Below are positions 19,655 to 29,768 of a stretch of 63,939 nucleotides of DNA, one piece after another; the stretch's first letter is position 1, and each line of letters opens with the position of its first letter. Under the pieces are notes generated by a model. It was not told the DNA's origin. It worked only from the letters and a program-made list of their open reading frames with translations, and searched no databases. The stretch spans positions 1-63,939 of the forward strand of contig CAIJNJ010000021.1 in the NCBI GenBank assembly GCA_903821975.1, in the 5' to 3' direction. The position numbers were made by a program, and so were the translations under genes. This DNA comes from an uncultured Bacteroidota bacterium. Lineage in GTDB: Bacteria > Bacteroidota > Bacteroidia > Chitinophagales > Chitinophagaceae.

Positions 19655-21172
19655 ATGGATAAGAAAGTAAGAGTAAGATTTGCACCGAGCCCTACCGGTG
19701 GTTTACACTTGGGTGGCGTACGTACCGTGTTATATAATTACCTTTTTGCCCGCTCGCATGGCGGCGATTTTGTGCTGCGTGTCGAAGATACAGACCAGAA
19801 CCGTTTTGTGGCCGGGGCCGAGCAGTATATAATGGATTGCCTGAAGTGGTGCGGACTGGAGCCCGATGAAAGCCCTGAAAAAGGCGGACCATATGCTCCA
19901 TATCGCCAGAGCGAGCGTAAGCACCTGTATTACGAATACGCACAAAAGCTACTGGATTCCGGGCATGCATACTATGCATTTGATACCACCGAAGACCTGG
20001 AAAGGATGCGGAAAGAACTGAAAAAAGATGAGCACTCAGTTCCGCAGTACGATCATAATACCCGCATGAAGATGCGGAACTCCGTTTCGCTGCCGGCAGA
20101 TGAAGTGGTGAAGCTGCTGGACAAGGGTACGCCTTATGTAATACGGATAAAGATACCCGACAATGTAACCGTAAAACTTACGGACATGATAAGGGGAGAA
20201 ATATCGTTCGACAGTAACCTGGTTGATGACAAAGTATTGCTTAAAGCAGACGGTATGCCTACCTATCATCTTGCGGTGGTGGTGGACGACTACCTGATGA
20301 AGATAACCCACGCCTTCAGGGGTGAGGAGTGGCTGCCGAGCGCACCGGTGCATGTATTGCTTTGGGAATACCTTGGCTGGAAAGAACATATGCCATTGTG
20401 GGCGCACCTGCCGCTGATACTGAAACCCGATGGTAATGGCAAACTGAGCAAAAGAGACGGTGACAGGCTGGGTTTCCCGGTATTTGCTATGAACTGGACC
20501 GATCCCAAAACAGGGGAAACGACCATGGGCTTTCGGGAGATGGGCTTTTTGCCGCAGGCTTTTGTAAACATGCTGGCCATGCTGGGCTGGAACAGTGGGA
20601 CCGAACAGGAAATTTTTTCGCTGGACGAGCTGGTTGCAAAATTCTCGATTGAAAGGGTACATAAAGGTGGCGCAAAATTTGATTTCGAGAAAGCCAAATG
20701 GTTCAATAATCAGTATATACATCATACGGATAATGAACCGCTGGCGAAACTGGCACGGCCATATATTGAGGCTCATAGCGTAAAGCCCACAGATGAATTG
20801 CTGGAGAAGGTGGTGGGCCTTGTAAAAGACAGGTGCACGCTGCTCCCCGATTTCTGGGCGCAGGGGCATTTTTTCTTTGAGACGCCGACAACTATTGATG
20901 AGGCAACAATAAAAGAAAAGTGGAACGAACAGAAACAGCAGTTTTTTAATGATTGGGCAGCAGCGATAGCTCTATTGCCCGAATGGAATGAACAGGCCAT
21001 TGAAGTAAGCTTTAATGAGCATGTGCAGCAGAAAGGAATTAAAAAAGGCGATGTGATGCTGCCGTTGCGGATAATGCTGGTGGGCGGGAAATATGGGCCG
21101 GGGGTGTTTATTATCGCCGAGGTGATAGGAAAGGAAGAAACCATAAAAAGAATAAAAGCAGTAAATTTATAA
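19655..21172 (+). CDS. gltX: Glutamate--tRNA ligase
   Basis: RVRFAPSPTG.LHLGG (HIGH) and KLSKR (KMSKS) motifs. Confidence 0.98.
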   Translation: MDKKVRVRFAPSPTGGLHLGGVRTVLYNYLFARSHGGDFVLRVEDTDQNRFVAGAEQYIMDCLKWCGLEPDESPEKGGPYAPYRQSERKHLYYEYAQKLLDSGHAYYAFDTTEDLERMRKELKKDEHSVPQYDHNTRMKMRNSVSLPADEVVKLLDKGTPYVIRIKIPDNVTVKLTDMIRGEISFDSNLVDDKVLLKADGMPTYHLAVVVDDYLMKITHAFRGEEWLPSAPVHVLLWEYLGWKEHMPLWAHLPLILKPDGNGKLSKRDGDRLGFPVFAMNWTDPKTGETTMGFREMGFLPQAFVNMLAMLGWNSGTEQEIFSLDELVAKFSIERVHKGGAKFDFEKAKWFNNQYIHHTDNEPLAKLARPYIEAHSVKPTDELLEKVVGLVKDRCTLLPDFWAQGHFFFETPTTIDEATIKEKWNEQKQQFFNDWAAAIALLPEWNEQAIEVSFNEHVQQKGIKKGDVMLPLRIMLVGGKYGPGVFIIAEVIGKEETIKRIKAVNL

Positions 21173-21201
21173 AGCAGTGATACGGGATATCATTGAGGTG
21201 C

Positions 21202-21798
21202 ATGAATATAGAGGAATATATTAATAGCGGGATCTTACACGATTATTGTATCAACGCCCTGTCTGTAGCTCAGCAGCTTGAGGTGGAGAAGGTGTGTGCC
21301 CGGTACCCGGAAGTGAAACGTGAATTACTGCAGATGCAGCAGTCGCTGGAACAGTTTGCCGCAGGCGCTGCAAAGATGCCGGGTATAGCGGTAAAAGAGA
21401 ATATCTGGAATACGCTTGAAAACATCAATAAAGAAAAGGCAGGTGACCTTAACGACCTGCCGGTGATCAATAAATACTCAGACCATCACCGCTGGCAACG
21501 GATGGTGATACCCCTGATGCCGAAATCAATCCCGGAAGAACGGACCATGATACCCCTCAGGCATACCGATAAAGTAATGCAGGTACTGGTGATCAGCCGC
21601 ACAGACGTGGACGATGAAGTGCACGAACATGAGCAGGAAAGCTTTTTAGTGCTGGAAGGGGAATGCGAATGCCATATAGGAGATAATGTATACCGCCTGG
21701 GTCCGGGTGGTTTTATAGAGATACCACTGCACCTGAACCATAATGTAAAAGTGTTATCGCCATATGTGGTGGCGGTATTGCAGCATATTGCTGTGTAA
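21202..21798 (+). CDS. Cupin domain protein with anti-sigma-like N-terminus
   Basis: MNIEEYINSGILHDY..(RskA-like N-terminal helices) plus cupin motifs EVHEHEQESFLVLEG and IPLHLNH. Confidence 0.8.
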   Translation: MNIEEYINSGILHDYCINALSVAQQLEVEKVCARYPEVKRELLQMQQSLEQFAAGAAKMPGIAVKENIWNTLENINKEKAGDLNDLPVINKYSDHHRWQRMVIPLMPKSIPEERTMIPLRHTDKVMQVLVISRTDVDDEVHEHEQESFLVLEGECECHIGDNVYRLGPGGFIEIPLHLNHNVKVLSPYVVAVLQHIAV

Positions 21799-21928
21799 TT
21801 TTCCCGCTCAATCCCGGATATTATAATTTGTTTTATCCAAATCCCTCCCGGAGGGGGATAAGACCATAAATGTTTCTTTAAAGTATAGCCCGCCACCAGC
21901 TACCTGTTCGCCACATGCAGGAAAGCCG

Positions 21929-21936
21929 TACCTTTG
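21929..21936 (+). promoter_or_regulatory. -7 promoter box of clpX
   Basis: TACCTTTG, 26 nt upstream of the ATG. Confidence 0.65.
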
Positions 21937-21962
21937 CACCTCAAATTAATTAGAGGTAAATA

Positions 21963-23207
21963 ATGGCAAAGCAACCGGAAAAAAAATGTTCTTTTTGTGA
22001 CCGTGCAGAAAGTGAAGTGAATATTCTGTTTACAGGTATAAAGGGCAATATATGCGACCAGTGTATAGAGAATGCGCACTCATTGCTCGTAGAAGCTACC
22101 GGTGACAAACTGAAGAAAGAAGAACCAAAGCCGGAGATCAGGAAAAACATCAATTACAAGCCACGCGAAATAAAAGCATTCCTCGACCAGTATGTAATAG
22201 GCCAGGATGATGCTAAGAAAGTACTTTCCGTAGCTATATACAACCATTACAAGCGCCTTACGATGCCGCAGCAGGATGATGTGGAGATCGAAAAATCGAA
22301 CATCATGATGGTGGGTGAAACAGGCACGGGTAAAACCCTTCTTGCCAAGACCATCGCACGCCTGTTGCAGGTGCCATTCGCGATAGTGGATGCAACAGTA
22401 TTTACAGAAGCAGGGTATGTGGGCGAAGATGTGGAAAGCATACTATCAAGGTTGCTGCAGGCCAGCAACTATGACGTGGCTGCTGCAGAGCGTGGTATTG
22501 TATATATAGATGAGCTCGACAAGATTGGCCGTAAGGGCGATAACCCATCTATAACACGCGACGTGAGTGGTGAGGGTGTGCAGCAGGCTATGCTGAAACT
22601 GCTGGAAGGTTCGGAAGTGCTGGTACCACCGCAAGGCGGCAGGAAGCACCCCGAGCAGAAGATGATAAAAGTAAACACACAGAACATACTTTTCATTTGC
22701 GGCGGCGCTTTTGAAGGCATCGATAAAATGATAGCCCGCAGGATACAGACCTCATCTATAGGCTATAATGCGATCAAGGCAAGCAAGGATTTCGACAGGG
22801 CAAACCTGCTGCAATATGTGAATGCACAGGACCTGCGTACCTTCGGGCTGATACCCGAATTACTGGGAAGGCTGCCGGTGGTTACTTACCTTAATCCGCT
22901 GGATGAGGCATCGCTGAAGCTGATACTTACACAACCGAAGAACGCACTGGTGAAACAATACACCCGTCTGTTCGAGTTTGAAGGCATAAAGCTTACTGTA
23001 GAAGACGGCGCGCTGGACTACATGGTGCAAAAAGCAATACAATATAAACTCGGTGGACGTGGCCTGCGCGCTATCTGCGAAATGATACTGACAGATGCCA
23101 TGTTTGATATGCCATCGGAAAAGCATGATGGTACATTCCACCTTACTGTAGAGTATGCCCGCCAGATGGTGGAGCATGCAAAACTGGAACACATGAAAGC
23201 CGCATAA
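21963..23207 (+). CDS. clpX: ATP-dependent Clp protease ATP-binding subunit ClpX
   Basis: CSFC..CDQC zinc finger, GETGTGKT Walker [28 protein letters not shown]. Confidence 0.98.
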   Translation: MAKQPEKKCSFCDRAESEVNILFTGIKGNICDQCIENAHSLLVEATGDKLKKEEPKPEIRKNINYKPREIKAFLDQYVIGQDDAKKVLSVAIYNHYKRLTMPQQDDVEIEKSNIMMVGETGTGKTLLAKTIARLLQVPFAIVDATVFTEAGYVGEDVESILSRLLQASNYDVAAAERGIVYIDELDKIGRKGDNPSITRDVSGEGVQQAMLKLLEGSEVLVPPQGGRKHPEQKMIKVNTQNILFICGGAFEGIDKMIARRIQTSSIGYNAIKASKDFDRANLLQYVNAQDLRTFGLIPELLGRLPVVTYLNPLDEASLKLILTQPKNALVKQYTRLFEFEGIKLTVEDGALDYMVQKAIQYKLGGRGLRAICEMILTDAMFDMPSEKHDGTFHLTVEYARQMVEHAKLEHMKAA

Positions 23208-23218
23208 AAGATACAAGC

Positions 23219-23398
23219 ATGGAAGATCTCGGACAGCAACTAAAAGAGAAAGCAGGCCTTACCGATGAACAGGTGGTTAAGGTAATAGCCACCATGAAAG
23301 ACTTTCTCATGGGTAAAGTGCCACCAATGTTCAGCGGTTTTGTGGAGAACTTTTTCGCAAAAAACACCAAGCCTGAAGAGGAAGATCCGCTGGGCTAA
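23219..23398 (+). CDS. Small (59 aa) hypothetical protein
   Basis: Manual translation MEDLGQQLKEKAGLTDEQVVKVIATMKDFLMGKVPPMFSGFVENFFAKNTKPEEEDPLG fills the gap after clpX exactly; below the ORF-track cutoff. Confidence 0.8.
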   Translation: MEDLGQQLKEKAGLTDEQVVKVIATMKDFLMGKVPPMFSGFVENFFAKNTKPEEEDPLG

Positions 23399-23895
23399 TA
23401 CTTCAGTATGAAGTGTTGCTTTTCTTTAAATTCTTCCCTAAAAAATAACAGCCCGATACCGTACAGGTCAATGCTCATGCGCACAGCAGGGTCATTGGCC
23501 ATTTTTTTCCATGCGCTGCTATAGCCGAAGTCTTTATGTATACCCGTTAGTATTACAACGCCATTCTTATTTAGTAAATGCAGTTGCTCATTCATAAGAC
23601 CAGCCCATTTATTGGGTTCTTTTTCGGGCAGGAGCAATATATCCACAGGAGATGAAGTGGCTTGTGTAGGAACGTACAGCACATCCTTGTAATTGTAATA
23701 AGCGGCTATGCGGCAGATGAGGTTCTCATACTTCAGCGGTAGCCACGGGCATTGCACGAGATATTCTTTTTTAAGCAGGCTTTTATCTAGCAGTACGTGG
23801 TCTGCAAGATCATAGACAAACGGGGAGTGTGTGCCATGGCGGCCCCTGGCCTTCCATTTATATTTCAGGTATTCTATAAAGGCGTGTAAAGTCAT
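23395..23895 (-). CDS. Shortened class I SAM-dependent methyltransferase homolog
   Basis: N-terminal HGTHSPFVY and C-terminal SIDLYGIGLLFFREEFKEKQHF resemble a Bacteroidota methyltransferase family; no glycine-rich SAM motif visible. Confidence 0.7.
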   Translation of the reverse strand: MTLHAFIEYLKYKWKARGRHGTHSPFVYDLADHVLLDKSLLKKEYLVQCPWLPLKYENLICRIAAYYNYKDVLYVPTQATSSPVDILLLPEKEPNKWAGLMNEQLHLLNKNGVVILTGIHKDFGYSSAWKKMANDPAVRMSIDLYGIGLLFFREEFKEKQHFILKY

Positions 23896-23898
23896 TAT

Positions 23899-24402
23899 TT
23901 ATAACTCTATGCGCTCATACTTCTGGAAAGTAAATGGGAACTGATGAAAATCGTCGACATGGTGTTTTTCTTCCCATACCATTTTCCAGTGGGTGTGGTC
24001 TATATCAGGGAAAAAAGCATCGGCATCAGGTATGGTAGTATGCACGCGGGTTATGTACATACGGTCTACCAGCGACATGGTGGTTTCAAATACTTTTCCA
24101 CCGCCTATAATAAAGCCTTCGTCTGTATTCTCCTGTTGCAGGCGTTCTATGGCGGCATTAATATCATCACAAAGAACAACGCCTTCCGGTAACCTGATAT
24201 CATTATTATGCGAGAGTACAATGTTGAGCCTGCCGGGTAGCTGCCTGCCCAGCGATTCAAAGGTTTTACGGCCCATGATCAAGGGCTTGCCCATGGTAGT
24301 GCGCTTAAAAAATTTGAGGTCTTCCGGTAAATGCCATGGTAATGTATTATGCCTGCCTATGGCATTGTTCTCAGAAACCGCGACAATAAAGGAAAGGACC
24401 AT
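23899..24402 (-). CDS. folA: Dihydrofolate reductase
   Basis: LPWHLPEDLKFFK, MGRKTFES, LPGRLNIVLS, IIGGG, DAFFP. Confidence 0.98.
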   Translation of the reverse strand: MVLSFIVAVSENNAIGRHNTLPWHLPEDLKFFKRTTMGKPLIMGRKTFESLGRQLPGRLNIVLSHNNDIRLPEGVVLCDDINAAIERLQQENTDEGFIIGGGKVFETTMSLVDRMYITRVHTTIPDADAFFPDIDHTHWKMVWEEKHHVDDFHQFPFTFQKYERIEL

Positions 24403-24407
24403 TTTAT

Positions 24408-24513
24408 AAAATCAAAAGTTAAAAAGTAAAAAGAAAAACCAGCGCATTCAAAAGTAAAAAGGGTACCGCTACACAAAATACAACTTTTAGCTTCTTACTT
24501 TTAACTTTTGACT
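24408..24513. repeat. Inverted pair of degenerate AAAAGTY heptamer arrays between thyA and folA
   Basis: aaaatcaaaagttaaaaagtaaaag...ttcaaaagtaaaaa facing cttttagcttcttacttttaacttttgact. Confidence 0.75.
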
Positions 24514-25307
24514 TAAACTGCTACCGGCGCCTTAATAGCGGGGTGGCATTGGTAGTTTTCAAGCGTAAAATCTTCGTATTTAAAGGAGAAAAGGTCTTTT
24601 ACTTTCGGGTTTATCTTCATTGTGGGTAGTGGGTAGGGTGCGCGGGTCAGTTGCAGATTCGCCTGCTCCATGTGGTTGTTATACAGGTGCACATCACCGA
24701 ATGTATGCACAAACTCTCCCGCCTGCAGGCCACATACCTGTGCCATCATCATAGTGAGCAGCGCATAAGAAGCGATATTAAACGGCACGCCGAGAAATAC
24801 GTCTGCGCTACGCTGGTATAGCTGGCAGCTCAGCTTGCCGTTGGCCACATAAAACTGGAATAATGCATGGCACGGGCTTAGCCTCATCTTTGGCAGGTCG
24901 GCCACATTCCAGGCGTTGATGATCATGCGGCGGCTATCGGGATTTGTTTTTACCTGGTGCAGTATGTCTTTTACCTGGTCGTAGGTTTTGCCGTCAGCAC
25001 CTGTCCAACTGCGCCACTGGTGGCCGTATATGGGCCCAAGGCTGCCATTCTCATCCGCCCATTCGTCCCATATGGTCACGCCGTGTTCGTTTAGGTACGC
25101 GATATTGGTATCACCATTCAGGAACCACAGCAGTTCATAGATAATAGATTTCAGGTGCAGCTTCTTGGTGGTCACCAGCGGAAAACCTTTTTGAAGATCG
25201 AACCGCATCTGGTAACCAAAGCAGCTTGTAGTACCGGTACCCGTGCGGTCACTTTTTTTCACACCGGTGTCTATTATATGTTGGAGAAGATCTAAGTAGG
25301 CTTGCAT
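24513..25307 (-). CDS. thyA: Thymidylate synthase
   Basis: [31 protein letters not shown]-terminal APVAV. Confidence 0.99.
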   Translation of the reverse strand: MQAYLDLLQHIIDTGVKKSDRTGTGTTSCFGYQMRFDLQKGFPLVTTKKLHLKSIIYELLWFLNGDTNIAYLNEHGVTIWDEWADENGSLGPIYGHQWRSWTGADGKTYDQVKDILHQVKTNPDSRRMIINAWNVADLPKMRLSPCHALFQFYVANGKLSCQLYQRSADVFLGVPFNIASYALLTMMMAQVCGLQAGEFVHTFGDVHLYNNHMEQANLQLTRAPYPLPTMKINPKVKDLFSFKYEDFTLENYQCHPAIKAPVAV

Positions 25308-25351
25308 AATAAATTCAAAAGTGAAAATTCAAAATGGAACGTTATACAAAT

Positions 25352-25805
25352 TTAGCTATTCTTCCTTGCTTTTCTTCTAATCTGATAGTTGCGAAATATT
25401 GTATACACTAAAGCGAGTGGACTATAAAAAATAGATACCCGCTCAAAGTCTACATATAGGGTGCGGAAAAGCCCACCACTAAAAAAACGAAAACTGCCAA
25501 TTTGAAAGTAGAACAATACTGCATCGAGCAAAACAAATAAAGCGATAATGCAAATAATTACAGCAAAATATGTAAAACCGAAAAACCTTTTGTAAACCAG
25601 GTAGTAATGGCTGATCGATCGCCATTAAAGATGCTAACGCGGTACATTCAATGCCAGCTATTATATCTCGGGTGGACATCGTTGTCATTCTTCCTGCAAG
25701 TCTCATTAGGATGTAAATTATCGCAATAGTGAAAAGAAAATATATACCCCACCATAGTAAAAACTGCATCAGAAAGATTCGTTTATGAATACTTATACTT
25801 TCCAT
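25352..25805 (-). pseudogene. Four-TM membrane protein frameshifted by a GATC duplication
   Basis: Removing 4 nt from GATCGATC (25613-25620) joins two hydrophobic frames into one 149-aa ORF ending ...YTIFRNYQIRRKARKNS*. Confidence 0.7.
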
Positions 25806-25948
25806 GATATTATTTTTATCCAAAATAAATAAAAGAACTATCACTTGCAAATAAATGTGATAAGTTCCTTAATTTATGGGACAACCCCTGTTTATCAGCC
25901 GAAAATTTTTACTTTCGCATACCTAATGCACACCACCACTTATAACTA

Positions 25949-26662
25949 ATGGGCACATTATCTATAGTCATACCCGCTTATAACGAAGGCCCAACTATTC
26001 ATAGGATATTGAATAAAATAAAGGCAGTGGTACTGACCAATGGTATGCAAAAGGAGATCATTATCGTTAATGACTGCTCCCGGGATAATACGGAGGAGGC
26101 CATATTGGCATACCAGGCAGCCAACCCGGACCTGCCCATTTCTTATTACAAGCACGAGGTAAACCAGGGAAAGGGCGCAGCCCTGCATACGGGCATCAAA
26201 AAAGCTACCGGTGACTATGTGATCATACAGGACGCCGACCTGGAATATGACCCCGAGGAATACAATATACTGCTCAAGCCATTGCTCAATGATTTTGCCG
26301 ATGTGGTCTACGGGTCGCGCTTTGTAGGCGGCAAGCCGCACCGCATCCTGTTTTTCTGGCACTCCATAGGCAACAGGTGGCTCACCACGGCATCTAATAT
26401 GTTCACCAACCTGAACCTTACTGATATGGAGACCTGTTACAAGGTCTTTAAGCGCGATATTATACAAAGTATAAAGCTGGAAGAAAAGCGCTTTGGTTTT
26501 GAGCCTGAGGTAACGGCGAAAATATCGCGCTACCCCAAGGTGCGTATATACGAGGTAGGTATCTCCTACTACGGCCGCACCTATGAAGAAGGTAAGAAAA
26601 TAGGCATGAAAGACGCTTTCCGTGCGCTGTATTGCATTATCAAGTACAATGTGTTTAAATAG
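25949..26662 (+). CDS. Glycosyltransferase family 2 (DPM1-like)
   Basis: [44 protein letters not shown]. Confidence 0.95.
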   Translation: MGTLSIVIPAYNEGPTIHRILNKIKAVVLTNGMQKEIIIVNDCSRDNTEEAILAYQAANPDLPISYYKHEVNQGKGAALHTGIKKATGDYVIIQDADLEYDPEEYNILLKPLLNDFADVVYGSRFVGGKPHRILFFWHSIGNRWLTTASNMFTNLNLTDMETCYKVFKRDIIQSIKLEEKRFGFEPEVTAKISRYPKVRIYEVGISYYGRTYEEGKKIGMKDAFRALYCIIKYNVFK

Positions 26663-26702
26663 TAAGAATGAAGCGCTATTAAGCAAGGCAACCAATTCAG
26701 CA

Positions 26703-26730
26703 GTCATGGTTCGGCGCGGCTCACCATGAC
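26703..26730. repeat. REP-like hairpin
   Basis: GTCATGGT...ACCATGAC stem; resembles the TTCGAC..GCTCA..TGAC units at 5178 and 9353. Confidence 0.55.
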
Positions 26731-26827
26731 AGAATTTCAATTTTGCTTTTCAATAATATTGATATTGCTTATTATAAAACCCTCACGGGACTTTTAATTT
26801 TTGAATTTTTACTTTTGAATTTGCAAC

Positions 26828-27343
26828 ATGCCTCCAGTTATTCTTCCAGTAAAAGGAATCTCCCCGCAAATACCCGAATCCTGTTTTATAGCGCCTAATG
26901 CCACTATAGTGGGTGATGTGATCATGGGCGAAGATTGCAGTATATGGTTTAGCGCTGTAGTACGCGGCGATGTGAACAGCATACGAATAGGGAATAAGGT
27001 GAACATACAGGACGGGGCATGTATCCACTGCACGTACCAGAAAACAAAGACTGTTATTGGTAATAATGTGTCCATAGGCCATAACGCCCTGGTGCATGGC
27101 TGCACGGTGGCAGATAATGTATTGATAGGTATGGGTGCCATAGTAATGGACAATGTAACCATAGGTACCGGCAGCATCATAGCCGCGGGTGCGGTGGTGC
27201 TGGAGGGCACCGAGGTACCGGCTGGCAGCATTTTCGCCGGTGTGCCCGCAAAAAAAGTGAAAGACGTAAGCCCTGAATTAATGAAGGGCGAAGTGGAGCG
27301 CATAGCTAATAATTATCTTATGTATAGTTCGTGGTTTAAGTGA
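26828..27343 (+). CDS. Gamma carbonic anhydrase family protein
   Basis: [22 protein letters not shown] hexapeptide repeats with three Zn-binding His. Confidence 0.95.
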   Translation: MPPVILPVKGISPQIPESCFIAPNATIVGDVIMGEDCSIWFSAVVRGDVNSIRIGNKVNIQDGACIHCTYQKTKTVIGNNVSIGHNALVHGCTVADNVLIGMGAIVMDNVTIGTGSIIAAGAVVLEGTEVPAGSIFAGVPAKKVKDVSPELMKGEVERIANNYLMYSSWFK

Positions 27344-27407
27344 AAATGACGAGCATCATTACAAAATCCCTTTTTTTCTTTTATTTTTACCTCAAACTTT
27401 TTACAAA

Positions 27408-27788
27408 ATGGAATTTCCGGGCAACTTACGCTACACCAAAGATCACGAATGGATCAAAATAGAAGGCAATACCGCTACTGTGGGTATTACTGATTTCGCA
27501 CAGCACGAACTGGGCGATATAGTGTTTGTGGATATAAACACGGTTGGAAAGACACTCAAGGAAAATGAGATCTTCGGCACAGTGGAAGCGGTAAAGACCG
27601 TATCTGACCTTTACCTGCCTATGAGCGGCACCATCAATGAAATAAATGCAGACCTGGAAGCTAACCCGGAAAACGTGAACAGCGATCCGTATGGCAAAGG
27701 TTGGATGATGAAAATGACCATCAGCAACCCTGCTGAAGCGGATGCACTGCTTGACGTAGCTGCATACAAGCAACTGATAGGAGAATAA
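27408..27788 (+). CDS. gcvH: Glycine cleavage system H protein
   Basis: YTKDHEW, GITDFAQ.ELGD, EAVK lipoyl lysine, DPYG.GW. Confidence 0.98.
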   Translation: MEFPGNLRYTKDHEWIKIEGNTATVGITDFAQHELGDIVFVDINTVGKTLKENEIFGTVEAVKTVSDLYLPMSGTINEINADLEANPENVNSDPYGKGWMMKMTISNPAEADALLDVAAYKQLIGE

Positions 27789-28187
27789 ATGAAACGGATT
27801 TTCCATCCGGACTCACCTTATAAAAGACGGGCAAGGTTCTTAGCTATGCTATGGACGTTGCTCATTTTTATTGGCTGTTTCACCCCCGGTAAAGACATTC
27901 CCAAGGTAGATGTGCCGCTTATAGATAAGTGGGTGCACCTCGTGTTATTCGGCGGATTTACTTTCCTGTGGCTTTGCGCCCGGCCAATCATTAATTTCAG
28001 GTCACTTCTTGGTTTATTCCTTATCGCAGTAGCGCTTGGTTCATTTATTGAATTGATGCAGGGCCTGCTCACATTCCTGGGCCGCAGCATGGAGCTGATG
28101 GACGCTGTTGCCGATAGCATAGGCGGGCTGCTGGGTATCGGGCTTTTTTGTTTTTGTGCTTTTGTTGCAAAAGAGAAAGGTCTTTAG
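27789..28187 (+). CDS. VanZ family membrane protein
   Basis: DKWVH..LF, IELMQ, GRS.ELMD..AD..G. Confidence 0.85.
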   Translation: MKRIFHPDSPYKRRARFLAMLWTLLIFIGCFTPGKDIPKVDVPLIDKWVHLVLFGGFTFLWLCARPIINFRSLLGLFLIAVALGSFIELMQGLLTFLGRSMELMDAVADSIGGLLGIGLFCFCAFVAKEKGL

Positions 28188-28250
28188 AGAGCCAGCAACA
28201 AGCCTATACCCCTATGAAGTAAATTTATCCGGCCATACTTTCTTTGCCCA

Positions 28251-28258
28251 TAACTTTG
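28251..28258 (+). promoter_or_regulatory. -7 promoter box of mqnD (probably leaderless)
   Basis: TAACTTTG, 4 nt before the ATG. Confidence 0.6.
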
Positions 28259-28262
28259 CCCC

Positions 28263-29093
28263 ATGAAATTAACCCTCGGCTTCAGCCCTTGCCCGAACGA
28301 TACTTTTATTTTTGATGCTATGGTGAATGGCGCCATAGATACACAGGGCATAACCTTCGATTATGTGATGGAAGATGTGGAGACGCTGAACATATGGGCG
28401 GAGCAGGGAAAGCTGGATATCACCAAACTCAGCTACAATACTTTTATTCATACGGTGAACCAATATGCACTGCTGCACAGTGGCAGTGCCCTGGGGGAAG
28501 GTGTAGGCCCACTGCTTGTTTCAAAAAGGCCGCTTGACCTTGAAAAGATAGATACTTACAAAATAGCTATACCGGGTTTTAAAACCACGGCCAACCTGTT
28601 ATTCACCCTTGCATTCCCGCAGGCGAAAAATAAGACAGAACTGGTATTCAGTGAAATAGAAGCCGCAGTGCTTAACGGCACTTATGATGCCGGTCTTATT
28701 ATACACGAGGGACGGTTCACCTACCAAGAAAAGGGCCTTGTAAAACTCATAGATATGGGCGACTGGTGGGAAAAGACCACGCACGCAGCCATACCGCTGG
28801 GCGGTATAGTGATGCGCCGCAGCTTTGATAAGCAACTATGTGCTACAGTAGACCGTATCATTAAGGAAAGCCTTGCATGGTCGTGGAAGCGTTATCCCGA
28901 CTTGACACCGTTTATAACAAATAACGCCCAGGAAATGGAAGAGGATGTAATGCGCAAGCACATAAATCTATACGTGAACGAATACACCACCGACCTTGGA
29001 GAAAAAGGGAGAGACGCTATCACTACACTTTTTGAAAAAGCAAAAGCAGCGAGGCTAATAAAAGGGGAGATGCCAGCGAGTATTTTTTATTAA
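28263..29093 (+). CDS. mqnD: 1,4-dihydroxy-6-naphthoate synthase
   Basis: GFSPCPNDTF, DVETLN, TTA.LL, IIHEGRFTY, IPLG, HI.LYVN. Confidence 0.95.
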   Translation: MKLTLGFSPCPNDTFIFDAMVNGAIDTQGITFDYVMEDVETLNIWAEQGKLDITKLSYNTFIHTVNQYALLHSGSALGEGVGPLLVSKRPLDLEKIDTYKIAIPGFKTTANLLFTLAFPQAKNKTELVFSEIEAAVLNGTYDAGLIIHEGRFTYQEKGLVKLIDMGDWWEKTTHAAIPLGGIVMRRSFDKQLCATVDRIIKESLAWSWKRYPDLTPFITNNAQEMEEDVMRKHINLYVNEYTTDLGEKGRDAITTLFEKAKAARLIKGEMPASIFY

Positions 29094-29098
29094 AACAC

Positions 29099-29131
29099 AG
29101 GTGTCCCACACTTTAAAAGTGTGGGACACCT
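29099..29131. repeat. REP-like palindrome / bidirectional terminator
   Basis: 16-bp perfect arms AGGTGTCCCACACTTT / AAAGTGTGGGACACCT; second copy at 59914-59948. Confidence 0.75.
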
Positions 29132-29133
29132 CG

Positions 29134-29664
29134 CTAATCTTTCAAAATATACAGATCCGGTAAATTTCTGCCGATACCGTCATAATCCAGTCCGTACCCG
29201 ACTACAAATTTATTTTCTATCTGGAATGCGGTATAATCTGCCATTACATCATACTGCAGCGCATCTGGCTTGGTAAGGAAGGTGGCGATCTTTACAGATG
29301 CCGGCTGTCGGTGATGTATCTCAGGGAGAAAAGAACTGAGTGTTTTGCCCGTGTCTATTATGTCTTCCACAATAATAATATGCCGCCCGTGCAGGTCTTC
29401 TTCAAGCCCTATGGCGGTAACCACGTGGCCTGTGGTTGAGGTGCCTTTGTAAGAGGCCAGTTTTATAAAAGATATTTCCGCCTCTATGGTAAGCTCACGA
29501 AACAGGTCGGCAGCAAAGATGAAGGAGCCGTTGAGAATACCAAGTACCAGCGGTTTCTTTCCGTCATAGTCAGCATTTATCATTTCTCCCAGCTCATGCA
29601 CGCGCTGCTGTATCTCCGCCCGGGAAATGAATGGTATGAATATTTTATCGTGAACAGTTATCAT
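29134..29664 (-). CDS. hpt: Hypoxanthine phosphoribosyltransferase
   Basis: ILNGSFIF, IIVEDIIDTGKT PRPP motif, FVVGYGLDY. Confidence 0.97.
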   Translation of the reverse strand: MITVHDKIFIPFISRAEIQQRVHELGEMINADYDGKKPLVLGILNGSFIFAADLFRELTIEAEISFIKLASYKGTSTTGHVVTAIGLEEDLHGRHIIIVEDIIDTGKTLSSFLPEIHHRQPASVKIATFLTKPDALQYDVMADYTAFQIENKFVVGYGLDYDGIGRNLPDLYILKD

Positions 29665-29768
29665 ATTATGTCAAAAATAGAAATAAAAATCAATAGCTAT
29701 TGAATCACAGAAGCAGAATATATTTGTAGCATGCAACATTGCTTTTTGTGTGTTAATAAAGAGAAACA

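Noticed and set aside
27789-28187. Glycopeptide resistance locus
   Set aside because: Lone VanZ-like gene next to gcvH with no other van genes.
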